A stretch of DNA of 62,730 nt, counting the filler, from Collodictyon triciliatum (Eukaryota): NCBI GenBank assembly GCA_043381765.1. It is 39 parts of 39 records of this genome, joined end to end, with 100 filler letters (N's around TTAATTAATTAA, not from the genome) between each part and the next. Parts side by side here need not be neighbours in the genome. Positions count along the whole stretch, not along the records: positions 11,325 to 12,841 come from JBHJMP010010876.1; positions 12,942 to 14,457 come from JBHJMP010010877.1; positions 14,558 to 16,072 come from JBHJMP010010878.1; positions 16,173 to 17,687 come from JBHJMP010010879.1; positions 17,788 to 19,301 come from JBHJMP010010880.1; positions 19,402 to 20,914 come from JBHJMP010010881.1; positions 21,015 to 22,527 come from JBHJMP010010882.1; positions 22,628 to 24,139 come from JBHJMP010010883.1; 31 more parts are not named here. The stretch is one strand, 5' to 3'. Each line of letters begins with the position of its first letter. Position 1 is the stretch's first letter. The notes below the pieces were generated by a model. It was not told where the DNA came from. It made no database searches and was given only the letters and a program-made list of their open reading frames with translations. A program made the position numbers and the translations under genes. Shown one piece after another: positions 12,641 through 26,035 of the stretch.

Positions 12641-14619
12641 TTTTTATTGTTTTTATTGTTTTTATGGTTTTATGTTTTTATGGTTTTATGTTTTTATGGT
12701 TTTATGGTTTTATGGTTTTATGGTTTTATGGTTTTATGGTTTTATGGTTTTATGGTTTTATGGTTTTATGGTTTTATGGTTTTATGGTTTTATGGTTTTA
12801 TGGTTTTATGGTTTTATGGTTTTTTTTTATTGTTTTTTTTANNNNNNNNNNNNNNNNNNNNNNNNNNNNNNNNNNNNNNNNNNNNTTAATTAATTAANNN
12901 NNNNNNNNNNNNNNNNNNNNNNNNNNNNNNNNNNNNNNNNNAAAAAAAAAAAAAAAAAAAACAAAAAAAACAAAAAAAGAAAAACAAAAAAACAAAAAAA
13001 CAAAAAAAGAAAAAAAGAAAAAAAGAAAAAAAAGAAAAAAAACACAAAAAAGAAAAAAAGAAAAAAAGAAAAAAACAAAACAAAACAATCAGATACCAAT
13101 CAATATAACAATAAAAGAAACAGTGATTCTAATCTCATCTCAGCACCGCCAATATTCCATAGTGCCGACGATACGTATATAAGAATGAAAAACATAAATA
13201 CAATATAACTAGAACTCTACCATTTAACATCAATATTATGCCCTAGCCCACGAACTCTAACGTGATAATTACGATACATATAAACTTAATTTCAGCTCAG
13301 GAGCAACCATCCCCTAACTGGGACAAACTCTTACGCACCCATTCAGCTTGTATCAACATGGAAACGCCAACTTTTCACTTTTTCAGCCCTTCCAAGGCAC
13401 ATAGTCACCCACAAGAAAAGAAAGATAAAAAACTAATCGCGGGGCAAGAATCCGCGCGAAGTGATAAGGCATCCCCTCTACCATGCGTACCTAACTTGCT
13501 CAAGCATGAAATTCTATCACAGCCACCGGAGCTACTTCAAGAGAATAGGAAACATCATCCTTGGAGCGCAAACGGTGGACGCATAGGAGCTTGGACCGAT
13601 AGTGCTGGAGAAGTAGTCATGAAATCCTCATCAAACACACTCACCCCACCCCAAAGCATACTTCGCAGCGGTACTGGTGTCGACGGCCATATGTTTCTTA
13701 TCGGCCCGTCAGCGAGTGTCGGATCGGCAGGCATATATGAGTCGCATGTAAATACTGACCGGTGAGCTGCTACATATACCCTTCTGTTTTTCTCTTTCGG
13801 TGGAATACTGCATGCGGAGATGATGTTGCAATTTTTTTCTTTTAATATGCGTGACCCCAATACACATATTTTTGTCTAATTTATTTTCTTAACTGTCTTA
13901 GTTTTTTCCATTCATATCATTAAGTCCACTCAATCATGTACGTATTCTCTCATCTTTATAACGCTATACTTTACAAATAAGATTCGAAAACGAACATAAA
14001 TCAGTAAGTCAACTTCGCCCTGTGATGGTGAATGCTGAGATTCAAACTGACATAGATGGTCCATTTTTGGTAATATTTACTAATTATTTCAGATGCATTC
14101 TAATTATAATAAAAGCAATACGTATCGAATCTACACATAGTCAAAAAGAAGGAAGAAAAAAAAGAAAGAGAGAAGCGCATTATTATGCGCATGCGTGATA
14201 TTACCATTCTTCATTATCTTAGCATTTGTACTTTTTTAAAATTTAAGTTATCCATAGGTTGACAAAAGGACGATTAGAAAACGCGAATCGTCACCCTCAA
14301 TACCGTCACGCTCGTCACTGAAGGATTTTATAACTCCGTAATCAGCACCTATTCTAAATCAAAGAGAGAAAAAAACAAAAAACAAAAAACAAAAAACAAA
14401 AAACAAAAAACAAAAAACAAAAAACAAAAAACAAAAAACAAAAAACAAAAAACAAAANNNNNNNNNNNNNNNNNNNNNNNNNNNNNNNNNNNNNNNNNNN
14501 NTTAATTAATTAANNNNNNNNNNNNNNNNNNNNNNNNNNNNNNNNNNNNNNNNNNNNTGTGTGGTTTTTTTTGTTTTTTGGTTTTGGGGGGGGGGGGGGG
14601 GGGGGGGGGGGTGTATTAC

Positions 14620-15960
14620 CTCTTCCAATATAATCCTCTTCAGTAAGGCGATATCATTCACCTCGATCGATTTCCCATCTCGAATGTACTTTCCTATCTG
14701 GGCTACGGCTTGTCTCCGAAGTCGATGAATTATAGAGCCAACTTTATCGATGTCTTTTTTTATACTTAATTCCTTTGTGGAGCAAACTTTTAATATGTCC
14801 CCTTTCAATCCTCGAATCATTTGAGCGTTATTTTCACACAATTTTTTCACACCTAATTTTATGAGCGAGAGGTTGTCAGTTTATCTTTCATTAAAAAAAA
14901 AAATTGGAGAAGGGAATATATATCAAGTTTGCAGACTAAATCATAATCCTTACGATCTCTTAATTGGTCGCAATACTGCTTGACGCTATATTTTTCAATT
15001 TTCTTTGCTTTGGAAAGTACCAGCAACCAGTCATCAAAATCTGAAACTGTATGTTCTAGTTGTTTCTGTAGGTGAAATATCTTTAAGACATGCAATAATG
15101 GTAAATGGTAAGGTACAATTGAGAGTACAAGATAGAATCAAGTAAACAACTAAATAAAAGAGAAATTAGAAAGTAGTAAGTAGGAAGAAATATCAAATAA
15201 GAAAATGAATCAATCCACATGAGGAGAGTTTGATATGATCAGTGGTCAGTTAGATAAAGGATTTTTATTACATTGTAATCCTCAATTTCTAAAATCCTTC
15301 CCTCTTGAATAGATTGATTATCAAATCGAATAGAGGTCCATTCCTCCAATATTTTTAAAGATTTTTGTAAATCCCTCACAGAGAACTTTTCGCCATCGTT
15401 TCCAGAGTCATACTAAATTGTTTGAATAAATAAATCATCTGAGTGTATGAGAAAAGTCGATGACGGGCTCATGCTTCAAAGAAGTTGCATTTAAAGAAAA
15501 AAAAACCTCCAGCTCATCTTCATTATTTTCAGTTTTCCATATATCTTCAATGGTAGAAATCATGTCATTCATCTTGCTGGTATGGATATCGATATGCTAT
15601 TGAATGATAAATTTTTGTACAATTTGTTTTCTTCAGAAGAGATAGGCACATTTTCCGTATGATTCCTAATAAGTATGACGACATTTAAAAAAAAAAAGAA
15701 TGAAAATTAAACTTGTTACCTCTTGTGTTCTTTCAAGGAGCCCTTTCTCTTCCTTCTTTTTCCTGTCCGCTAGATATCATTGAAATTATTCTTAAAATCA
15801 GACAGTTGTCTTCTAATTTCTTTTATTTTATTCCTTCATATGATTTCTAATATTTATTCTTTACTTGAAGAGTGTATTCTTTCAAAGGTCTCTGCATCTT
15901 CGCCTGGCACATATCGAATAAATTGAAATATATTTTATAAAGTTGATTTTGAGAATCAAG
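14620..15960 (-). CDS. Multi-exon hypothetical helical protein (partial; boundaries approximate)
   Basis: Protein-like segments (LKIFHLQKQLEHTVSDFDDW..., VKKLCENNAQMIRGLK...IILEE|GT) separated by AT-rich GT-AG introns. Confidence 0.45.
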
Positions 15961-16172
15961 CTGGTGATGTGTTTGTTTTTTTTGTTTTTTTGTTTTTTGT
16001 TTTTTGTTTTTTGTTTTTTGTTTTTTGTTTTTTGTTTTTTGTTTTTTGTTTTTTGTTTTTTGTTTTTTGTTTNNNNNNNNNNNNNNNNNNNNNNNNNNNN
16101 NNNNNNNNNNNNNNNNTTAATTAATTAANNNNNNNNNNNNNNNNNNNNNNNNNNNNNNNNNNNNNNNNNNNN

Positions 16173-17344
16173 TATGGGATATAGACTATTACTTACCTCC
16201 AAATTTGCTCTGATATCTGTTCCCTTCTGCATTAAACCCCCGGATTTATGTGACGGTGGCTATGTTCTGATTTACCGCCGGATAGAAAATCAGTTGTCTT
16301 TCTTCGGTAAAATCAGAAATCCTTTTTTAAATTCGGATGTGAAGTTCGGCTTTGGTGTGCAAATGAATGAAAACACTTTAGCTGTTTCTGCAATAGACTC
16401 GAAAAGACAGGGGGGCTCAACAGGAGTAGTCGTTTTGTATTTGTGGGATGATAATTCGGAGACATTCACAAAAAAATGCTCTATTAAACCTGGTAAAAAT
16501 AGGAATGATAAGAGTTTTTCAAAAGCTATAAGCATAGCAGGAAATTACGTGGCAGTTGGTTCTCCTCGTTATGATTTTTCTCTTATTTCAAATTCGGGAA
16601 TCGTTTACATCTTTAATGTTGATGATAAGGATGTATGCAACTCCCAACCTTTCATAATCAACTCATTCATTAAGATTGATAATGAATTTTTCGGGTCTGA
16701 ATTATCATTTCTGACTGACCACCTGATTGCGATAGCTAATAGACCGACTGATCGTAATTATGAAACTGTCAGCATCTTACGCCGAAATAGAGACACATGG
16801 TCCCTCAGTCATTCCATATCAGATAAAACAAAGGCTGGGTTTGGATGGAAAGTTATATTCATCAACAACCTTCTCTATATATCTGCTCCCAACGACCACA
16901 CAAATGCACCTAATTCAGGCTCTATCAGTGTGTATGCGATAAACTCACAAGGGCATTTGTCGTTAAAGTCTACTGTTCGACCAAGAATACACGCCGAAGG
17001 TGAACATTTTGGTTTTAGTTTTGATTCTGATGGAACAAAGCTAGTAGTAGGAACAAATCCGTGCAATAGGAGTACCGTCTGCAAAAAGAAAAGTAATTCA
17101 TTTTATTATAAAAACTATGAAATCAATAAATGTATAAAATAATGTTATTTTTATAGGAAAAGTTTACACGTTTAGTGCTCACGATGGTAAGTGGTTTGAA
17201 CAAAAACAGTACACCAGTCAACACTTTGATGGTTCTGATGGATTTGGATTCGATGTTGCTGTTAATAACGGCACAATTATGGCCTCTGCACCTTTTGAGT
17301 CTTCTAAAGGACTTGCAAAGGGAGTCGTCTACATTCTTGACTAG
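16173..17344 (+). CDS. FG-GAP / integrin-alpha-type beta-propeller protein, 5' partial, intron 17093-17156
   Basis: Repeated FG..(V/I)....GSP/SAP...G.VY motifs. The last exon KVYTF...GFGFDVAVNNGTIMASAP...GVVYILD* splices in frame. Confidence 0.85.
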
Positions 17345-17513
17345 CATCGTTATTGCAAATATGATAAGATATCAGGGCAATAAACATCTAGCCATACTCC
17401 TCCAAGCACAATACAACGTGAAACATTCCTTTTATTTGAGCTTTGCAAAAGAACCGGTCATTTTCAACTTCAAATCATATGTATATTGACGTGAAATTTC
17501 TTTATCCTTCTCG

Positions 17514-17687
17514 TTTTTTTCTTTATTCGATTCGAAGTGCAGCGAGGTTATGCCACACAAAGGGGCGAGATAGGTGCGCGTCGTAGAAAGCAAACGCGAG
17601 TAGGAGAAGACACTAATGTGGAGAGGGTAGCACTGGAAAGAAATCAGTGATAGCGAGTTGGTCAGGTGGGCGTCCCAACTGGTTGAT
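17514..17687 (-). mobile_element. LINE 3' UTR + poly(A) copy
   Basis: The reverse complement matches 52441..52617 and 22628..22720. Confidence 0.85.
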
Positions 17688-17889
17688 NNNNNNNNNNNNN
17701 NNNNNNNNNNNNNNNNNNNNNNNNNNNNNNNTTAATTAATTAANNNNNNNNNNNNNNNNNNNNNNNNNNNNNNNNNNNNNNNNNNNNAATCAAAAAATGA
17801 AACAAAATCAACGTATGGACCTTTGCTATAACAAAAAACTGCGCATGGTTTCCTTTCGTGAATGATAATCACTACGCCTTTCATGTGAT

Positions 17890-17920
<31 letters not shown>

Positions 17921-17924
17921 ATGC

Positions 17925-17925
<1 letters not shown>

Positions 17926-17975
<50 letters not shown>

Positions 17976-19150
17976 GGGGATAGGTATGATTTTCACAATA
18001 TTGCAGTCCTTATTTTCATTTATAATATAATTTTGCATTCACGATTTTATATATGAATGAATTAAGTAAATTTTTACAGGGTGTGAGTCCTTTTTGTTGC
18101 CCAGCAAAAGGTTGTCAGCTTCTATAATCAAGTTTTAAAAAAAGGTTGGTAGAGAAAACCGTTCACCCTCATCGGTTCTACTTTTAACAGAAAATAGTTA
18201 TAATCTACGATGATTCCATGTTTCAAGCCAAAACTAACAACATATGCAATTAAACACAATATTTCAAGAAATAATGATATTGAAAGAAAAGGCGGTATGC
18301 TTTAATTGTTAAATATATTCAAATACAACATTATGCATAAAATGATGCTATGAAGTGAGCCTTTCCTGTACGTCCAGTAATCATATGTATGGTCGACTAT
18401 GGCATATCTTCTCACGAAATCATGACTTGTCATTAAACCATAACAAGTATAATGAACGATTATCATATGTTTATATACCCGGCATTTAGGACATACATAA
18501 TAAGATAAAAAAAAAAGAAGAAGGTTATGCGTCTTCTATTGCATCAAATATAATCTATTAAAGTGCTTCTCAATCCATCCGTATCATTTTTCATATCCTC
18601 CGCCTATAATTCTGGTAACTAAAAAGCATTACACTATTTTGTTTTGTTTTGTTTCCTTATCATCAGCGACTATAACTTTTGATACACAGCCAAACAGTGG
18701 AAGCAAATCACAAAAAAACAAAAAAAAAACCCTTTCGTTCGTGCGATTTCTGCTCATCAATTTTAAAAAAAAAAAGACTGATCAAGCGTGTTTTGCTTGT
18801 GTTGAGAATGCTCATATCCACCCTCCTTCTCGCGTTTATGTTGATTATTATAGGCTTTTATGTCGACATGCTTCGACCTTTGTGTAGTTGTGTGAGCGGA
18901 GTTGTGCGACTGTGCCCTTGAAGCTGAACACAATTGACGTTATTGGCTATGCGTTGTTTGTCATGTATAATTGCACAGAAGACATTCTCCCGCTATGACA
19001 GACTTGCAAAAACACAACTATGTGGATCGACCTTGCCTACAGTTTCCTCACACAACACAACACAACACACGAACAAAAATATGACTCACAGAAAAGAAAC
19101 ATGTCGTCTTTGTTGTTTTCTATTTTCTTTCTGTTTTTATTTTTGCTTTT
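17926..19150 (+). repeat. ~1.25-kb duplicated segment, copy 2
   Basis: Colinear with 11325..12640. Confidence 0.95.
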
Positions 19151-19401
19151 TTATTGTTTTTTTATTGTTTTTTTATTGTTTTCTTTTTATTGTTTTTTTT
19201 TATTGTTTTTTGTTTTTTGTTTTTTGTTTTTTGTTTTTTGTTTTTTGTTTTTTGTTTTTTGTTTTTTGTTTTTTGTTTTTTGTTTTTTTGTTTTTTGTTT
19301 TNNNNNNNNNNNNNNNNNNNNNNNNNNNNNNNNNNNNNNNNNNNNTTAATTAATTAANNNNNNNNNNNNNNNNNNNNNNNNNNNNNNNNNNNNNNNNNNN
19401 N

Positions 19402-19552
19402 TGGTAATGGTAATGGTAATGGTAATGGTAATGGTAATGGTAATGGTAATGGTAATGGTAATGGTAATGGTAATGGTAATGGTAATGGTAATGGTAATGG
19501 TAATGGTAATGGTAATGGTAATGGTAATGGTAATGGTAATGGTAATGGTAAT
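19402..19552. repeat. (TGGTAA)n microsatellite; an example of the simple repeats that terminate most contigs
   Basis: Directly visible. Others include (ATAG)n at 11325, (TTTG)n at 29242, (CA)n at 44996, (CATA)n at 51392 and (GAAA)n at 59623. Confidence 0.95.
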
Positions 19553-19686
19553 AATAACAAAAAAAATAAAAACTTGCTCGTATATATGTAGCAATCATGT
19601 GTGATTGATGTCTTGAGGATGTTTATATAGTGATGAGATGTAGAAAAAGTGTTAAGATGGGACAGCTGTGTCTCTTCTTGGCCTAC

Positions 19687-20505
19687 CATGTTTATCTTCT
19701 GTTGTCAAATCACCGAAGCCGTAAACTGGAATCATCTGGTCGTCATCGAAGTGAGCTAGAGACCGCGCAACAATCGAGATAACCTACCCAGGGTGCGTTA
19801 TTATACGTAACATGCACACATATTCGTGGACTGGTGCGAGGATTTTGGAAAGAGCCAAAGAGGGAGAAATACTAGGTGTATAAAATAGTCAAATCATACA
19901 CTTTGGTAAGGGTTAGTTTGACCGTCAGCGAGATGGTGCAAGCTCTTTCTGCTGAAGGAGACCTTCCCAGACGACGCATTGCTCTAGAAATATAAGGAAA
20001 TCAGGAGGGGCATCCATAAATGCTTTTAAAAAAATTAGTTCGAGAAAATGAAGAAAAACATTTTGTGGTAATCGTGGTTTTGAAAAGGAACGTAGAAGTC
20101 GATTTACTCTGCAGAAAAAAACGATAATAACGTGAGTGGGTCTTTATCCGAATTGTTTGCAACGCCCAGACTCATTTGTTGATATCTTAAACCGTGTTTG
20201 GGCTATAAAAAAAAAAAAAAAGAAAGAAGAAAAAGCAAAGAGGAGGAAAGACAAGAAACAAGAACCCTGGTAAAGTCGACTCCGATGATCAAGTTGCAGC
20301 TTTCAACTCCCTCTCGTACGATCTCCCCACATACTTCTTCAAGCGACTTGGAGCAAGTGAAGCTGGCGTGTCTCTTGTGGGGGGAGTTTTCCGCTTCGCC
20401 GTATTCCCCGCGTCTCTTATTTGTTGACGTGCTTGGCGATGAATCGCCCTTGAGTGCAAAGTATGCCACTGCAGACCCGGCACCGAGGACACCAAGGGTC
20501 AGCAT
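19687..20505 (-). CDS. RGLG-type copine/VWA-domain protein, first three exons (3' partial)
   Basis: SLEEVCGEIVREGVESCNLIIGVDFTR | SNASSGKVSFSRKSLHHLADGQTNPYQS | VISIVARSLAHFDDDQMIPVYGFGDLTT, joined by in-frame GT-AG introns. Confidence 0.9.
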
Positions 20506-21014
20506 CGAACCTTCTAACCTGCGTCCTACCTGTCACTTTGTGGAGTTGGATCGTGCGTTTGAGGGATATTTCAATTTCATTTTTCAGTCTTCTGTTTTCA
20601 ATATTTCTACCCACATGCTTTGTCACTCCAAAGAAACAAAATAAAAAAAAAAATAAAAAGAATACATATTCTTTGGCAATTCTTAATGCTCGCAGAATTT
20701 ATTCTGCTTGTGTATTTGTTTTTTCTCTTCCTTTAATCGACTCAAATGATCTGTTGTCCATTAAGATCAAAGCATTTCCATCGATCCTATCGCGCCCAAT
20801 AAATACCGAAGTTTTGTTTTATGGGGTTTTTTTATGGGGTTTTTTTATGGGGTTTTTTTATGGGGTTTTTTTATGGGGTTTTTTTATGGGGTTTTTTTAT
20901 GGGGTTTTTTTATGNNNNNNNNNNNNNNNNNNNNNNNNNNNNNNNNNNNNNNNNNNNNTTAATTAATTAANNNNNNNNNNNNNNNNNNNNNNNNNNNNNN
21001 NNNNNNNNNNNNNN

Positions 21015-22284
21015 ATCCTGGTAGACATGCAGTGCATGATGAGCTTCTTTCTGAGCTGTAGCTTCCATTAGGACAGGGGATGCACGATGATGAATCAAAT
21101 GAACCAGTTTTGTTGTTGAATGTTCCAGCTGGACATGATGTACATGATGCTGAAATTCCTCCAGGGCCAAAACTCCCTATTGGACAAGTAGTACACTGGT
21201 TAAGAGTGGAATCGTAGAAGGAGCCGGCATTACAAATTCCCCAGATCTTTATAGTAGCATCACAACTTCCAGATATAATTTTAGAACCATCGGGAGTAAC
21301 GACAACACCACCGACACCACCTTGATGACCTGTCAATGTACGGATCAATGATCCATCAGAGAGATTCCAAATTTTAACGGTGCTGTCGGCACTTCCTGAA
21401 ATTATTTTAGACCCATCAGGTGTGATAGCAACAGCATGAACAAAATGACTATGACCAGTTAATGTATTAATCAAAGCTCCGTTAGAAAGATTCCAGATTT
21501 TCAAGCTGGCGTCCCAGCTTCCAGAAATTATTTTTGACCCATCAGGTGTAATACTTACACTATTTACTGATGAAGTATGACCAGTTAACGTATTAATCAA
21601 AGCTCCGTCAGAAAGATTCCAGATTTTCAAGCTGGCGTCCCAGCTTCCAGAAACAATTGTTGAGCTATCTGAAGATAATGCAATCGAAAAAACAGTATGT
21701 GTATGACCAAGTAATGTACGAATTAATACTCCATCATAAAGATTCCATAATCTGATTGTTTTATCATCACTTCCGGATAGAAATTTAAAACCATCAGGAG
21801 TAAAAGAAACATATCGAACCAAACTAGTATGTCCTGTAAATGAGCGAATCAAATTTTCATCACTAGTGTCCCAAATATTAATTTTTCCATCGTAACCACC
21901 AGAAACAATTCTAGAATCATCAGGTGATATTGAGATACAAATAACTCCAGAGGGATTAGCTGACAATGTGCGAATCAAAGTTCCATCAAAGTTATTCCAT
22001 ATTCGAACTGTTCCATCATCGCTTCCAGATACAATCTTTGAACTATCTGAGGTGATGCCGACGCTCCAAATATTATTTTTATGACCGGTCAATGTGCGAA
22101 TCAGATGATTCTGCCCCTCAACAAGACATAATTGAAAATGGAAGAAAATCCCTACAAGAAAATAATCATCAATAAATTATCTGCAAATATTTAGCAAAAA
22201 AGGACACACAAAATTTAACTATTAGGTTGTGGTAGACGAATAAATACCCAAAGTCAAGGTAGTCGCGATGAACGAATTTTTCAT
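21015..22284 (-). CDS. Signal peptide + 7 WD40 repeats + Cys-rich GCC2/GCC3 (ephrin-receptor-like) repeats, 3' partial; intron 22247-22152
   Basis: Spliced N-terminus MKNSFIATTLTLGIFFHFQLCLVEG/QNHLIRTLTGH, then TGH...SGS.D..IKIW repeats, then CPIGSF, CPAGTF and CPNGSYS. Confidence 0.88.
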
Positions 22285-22627
22285 CGATTTTTCTAATAAA
22301 AATAAGAATGAGAGCTTGTATTTAGAAATATGGCTATAAGTTGATTCCTTCGCCAAATTAAATGATACAATATTCCTTAATATGGCTTTCATATTATCCT
22401 TACAGTTTTTTTGGTTTGATAATGCTTTTTTATGTCTTTTTTATGTCTTTTTTATGTCTTTTTTATGTCTTTTTTATGTCTTTTTTATGTCTTTTTTATG
22501 TCTTTTTTATGTCTTTTTTATGTCTTTNNNNNNNNNNNNNNNNNNNNNNNNNNNNNNNNNNNNNNNNNNNNTTAATTAATTAANNNNNNNNNNNNNNNNN
22601 NNNNNNNNNNNNNNNNNNNNNNNNNNN

Positions 22628-22720
22628 CTACTCGCGTTTGCTCTCTCCCATGCGCTCCCATCCCGCCCCTTTGTATGGCATAACCTCGCTACACTTTGAA
22701 TCGAATAAAGGAAAAAAAAA
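22628..22720 (+). mobile_element. LINE 3' UTR + poly(A) copy
   Basis: ...CCCCTTTGTATGGCATAACCTCGCTACACTTTGAATCGAATAAAGG(A)9, shared with 44347..44401. Confidence 0.85.
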
Positions 22721-23389
22721 TGTTTGGTTTAATTTTAATAAAAGTTCTGTTGAGTGGAACATGGACAAGATAACGAGAAAACATTCATCTCGTTGGCAGC
22801 TTTGTGAAACCTTTCTTTTTTTATTTTCTTTCTCCACCCAAAAAAAAGACACTGGGACTAATGGTTTGATTGGTCGAGTTCAGGTTAGCACGTTGATTAC
22901 TGCATTCGCCCAAGAAATCTGAAAAAAAGAGAGAAAATAAATTTTCTATTTGTTGGGGCGCCTTTCCGCTATTGGACAGTGACAAGCAATGACGAATGTG
23001 TGCGTCATCCTATTAGGCCTCATTCCTATTTCTCTCGAAATTACCCGGAGAATTCTCGAATTCCCACAATCCATTTCCTTATAAGTCACCAGACTATTTT
23101 TCAGGAAGCATTTCACATCCAATTAGTCTAGGTCTTTCCTATTCATCATTTACACGCTATTCACCCACTCTTACATGAACTTTCATAAACGAACATATAA
23201 GCATGTACTAAAATTAATGAAATACAAATCAAGAAAAAATAATATATATTTTTGACTGTACCCAATATATTTTTTTCCTTCATTTGATTCAAAAAGAACC
23301 CGATATGAATGAATTTTTAAATTTTATAATTATATTCCAATAATAGTAAATACAAGTGACTGCCGGGTCGTTTTTTCTGCTGGAGCCTT

Positions 23390-23975
23390 TTCAATCCCGC
23401 AAAGCCGAGACAAACGAACCAGACTTCATGCTCGGCGGCTTGCCCCTAGCGAGCCTTTTGCTCAAAACCTGCTCGAAACAGCCGGCGAGATTCTTCGACT
23501 GACACTCAAGACAGCTGCAGCTGTTTTCCCAATCCAGGCGATATTTGGACCTCTGCAACAACCGCGTCCAGATGCGAAAACATTCTGGGCGGTGACGCGA
23601 GGCCATCTGCTATGGACTATGTGGATAACACGCATATACTCTCACAAACCAGCATTTAACAGCCAGCCACCCATTCATGATAATAGGCTGAATGACATCA
23701 TACAAATCTCTTTCCTCAACAGCTTTCTTCGCCACCTGCACGTTCTCTACTACTCCGACCCTGTGAGAAGAGACGTGTGGAAAGAAGCTGAGAAGGAGAT
23801 TCAACCTCGCCTTGCCTCTCATGCAAGCACAAGACCCAGGCTACAGGCCAAACCGCAGGATGCCATTGCTGATTGCTGACTACTTCTCCGCCACCCGGCC
23901 ACCAAGTAGTGTCATGCAAACGTTGGCCAGGGAATCAAACCCAAAACCTCTCAATGGGTTTAAGGGGAAAGCAGT
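23390..23975 (+). mobile_element. 3' fragment of a divergent L1/Tx1-like LINE (ORF2 C-terminus + UTR) abutting an AT-rich microsatellite
   Basis: FWAVTRGHLLWTMWITR...IIQISFLNSFLRHLHVLYYSDPVRRDVW aligns with LWTVTRRHMLWSLWSVR...LVQYSFLNGLLKHARILRYSDCKRREM at 52190..52386. Confidence 0.7.
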
Positions 23976-24302
23976 AATGATAATGATAATGATGATGATG
24001 ATAATAATAATAGTAATAATAGTAATAATAGTAATAATAGTAATAATAGTAATAATAGTAATAATAGTAATAATAGTAATAATAGTAATAATAGTAATAA
24101 TAGTAATAGTAGTAATAATAGTAATAATAGTAAAATGCANNNNNNNNNNNNNNNNNNNNNNNNNNNNNNNNNNNNNNNNNNNNTTAATTAATTAANNNNN
24201 NNNNNNNNNNNNNNNNNNNNNNNNNNNNNNNNNNNNNNNAAAAATTAATAAAATTTTTTAAAAAAAAAAGATTTTAGTTTTTTTTTTAAAAAAAAATTTA
24301 AA

Positions 24303-24341
<39 letters not shown>

Positions 24342-25850
24342 CCTTCAAAATACTTTCGAGCGGGTGCATAAAAGAGAAAGTGACATGACTGATTCCCAGT
24401 TGGTCCTACAAAGCGCACACAACACGGCTAAGTCTACTTTTACTTTTTGCTTGCTTTCCTTTGGTCTGTGCTTTCCCAAAATTGCTGTTGAGATTTTCAG
24501 AGTGTTTTTCGCAATAATCATTAGAATTAGCAGAGAAGTGGGCGTTTATTATCTCCACGAGATACATAAATACAAAAAAAATATAAAAAAATAATAACGT
24601 CACGTAAAGATTGACTCTGCTTCGAAGGCGCGAGTTGTGTGGGGATTCGGCATGTTTTGATCTGAAGTCGTGCAGTCAGACGATCACAGGCAAAAAAAAA
24701 AGAAAATCATTTTTCCAAAATAGGATAATACGTTGATATAAACTGGAAATTATAATACAAATAATATAGGGCCGCCTAAATCAAAACTATTTCCTATTAA
24801 TATATAATTTTATTGTATTAATATATAATTATATATATTTTATGGATGGCTACCACCATTTCGTACTGTCGTTTCGGGCAATCATATTTCAGACCCCAAG
24901 ATGGTATGTTTTACATGAAACGAAACCTCAAATAGTGAACACAAAAGCCAAACAAGTGCGATACGCCAAAAAGAATAGGAAAAGAAAAGAAAATAAAAGA
25001 AAAAAGTGGCTCATGTGTGTTGCGGAGCCGACTGGTTATTGTCCGGCAAAGCCTTTGTCCTTGGCGAGTGTGTTTCCTTACCTTTTAGTTGCAGAAAAAA
25101 GACATCATTCTATTGATTGCGGAATGCAGAGAGCACGAAAGTAAAAAGGAAATGGGGTGAAGAAAATGACTGAATTAAAAGAGAAAAGGAGTTGGCGAAG
25201 ACAAGGCTTGTTACAAGGGAAAAAAAAAACATTTCTTATTCTTTGAAAAGTATGTCGGTGATTGGTCTTTGAGGCATTTATTCACAAGACATTTTGTTCG
25301 TTTGTTCGTTCTTGCAACGCGCTGGGAAAGCAGAAATCTATCCTTCTGATGGCACAAAGCGGCCCTTCCGAAGTGTGTTTGACCGAGACTGGTGACCAGT
25401 ACTGTCGTGAGGGAAAGGTTAAGCTCTTACTTGTTATAAATGTTTTTTATGTGTTTTTTATGTGTGTTTTTTATGTGTGTTTTTTATGTGTGTTTTTTAT
25501 GTGTGTTTTTTATGTGTGTTTTTTATGTGTGTTTTTTATGTGTGTTTTTTATGTGTTTTATGTGTTTTATGTGTTTTATGTGTTTTATGTGTTTTTTATG
25601 TGTGTTTTTTATGTGTGTTTTTTATGTGTGTTTTTTATGTGTGTTTTTTATGTGTGTTTTTTATGTGTGTTTTTTATGTGTGTTTTTATGTGTGTTTTTT
25701 ATGTGTGTTTTTTATGTGTGTTTTTTATGTGTGTTTTTTATGTGTGTTTTNNNNNNNNNNNNNNNNNNNNNNNNNNNNNNNNNNNNNNNNNNNNTTAATT
25801 AATTAANNNNNNNNNNNNNNNNNNNNNNNNNNNNNNNNNNNNNNNNNNNN

Positions 25851-26035
25851 GCTGTGGGAGATATCTTACGACACATTCCCACATCTCTCTTCGCTTGCGG
25901 TCAGAGTAGCGAAGAATGCGAGCGTGTTTCAGCAGACTGTTCAGGAAGCTGTATTGCACGAGGCTTTCCAGCCTGGATACATTGATTTCTCGTTCGGGTG
26001 AATCAGTGGAGCGAGAGAATGCACGCACACTCTCA
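25851..26035 (-). mobile_element. 5'-truncated LINE ORF2 C-terminal fragment
   Basis: SVRAFS...EREINVSRLESLVQYSFLNSLLKHARILRYSDRKRREMW is nearly identical to 52232..52410. Confidence 0.85.
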
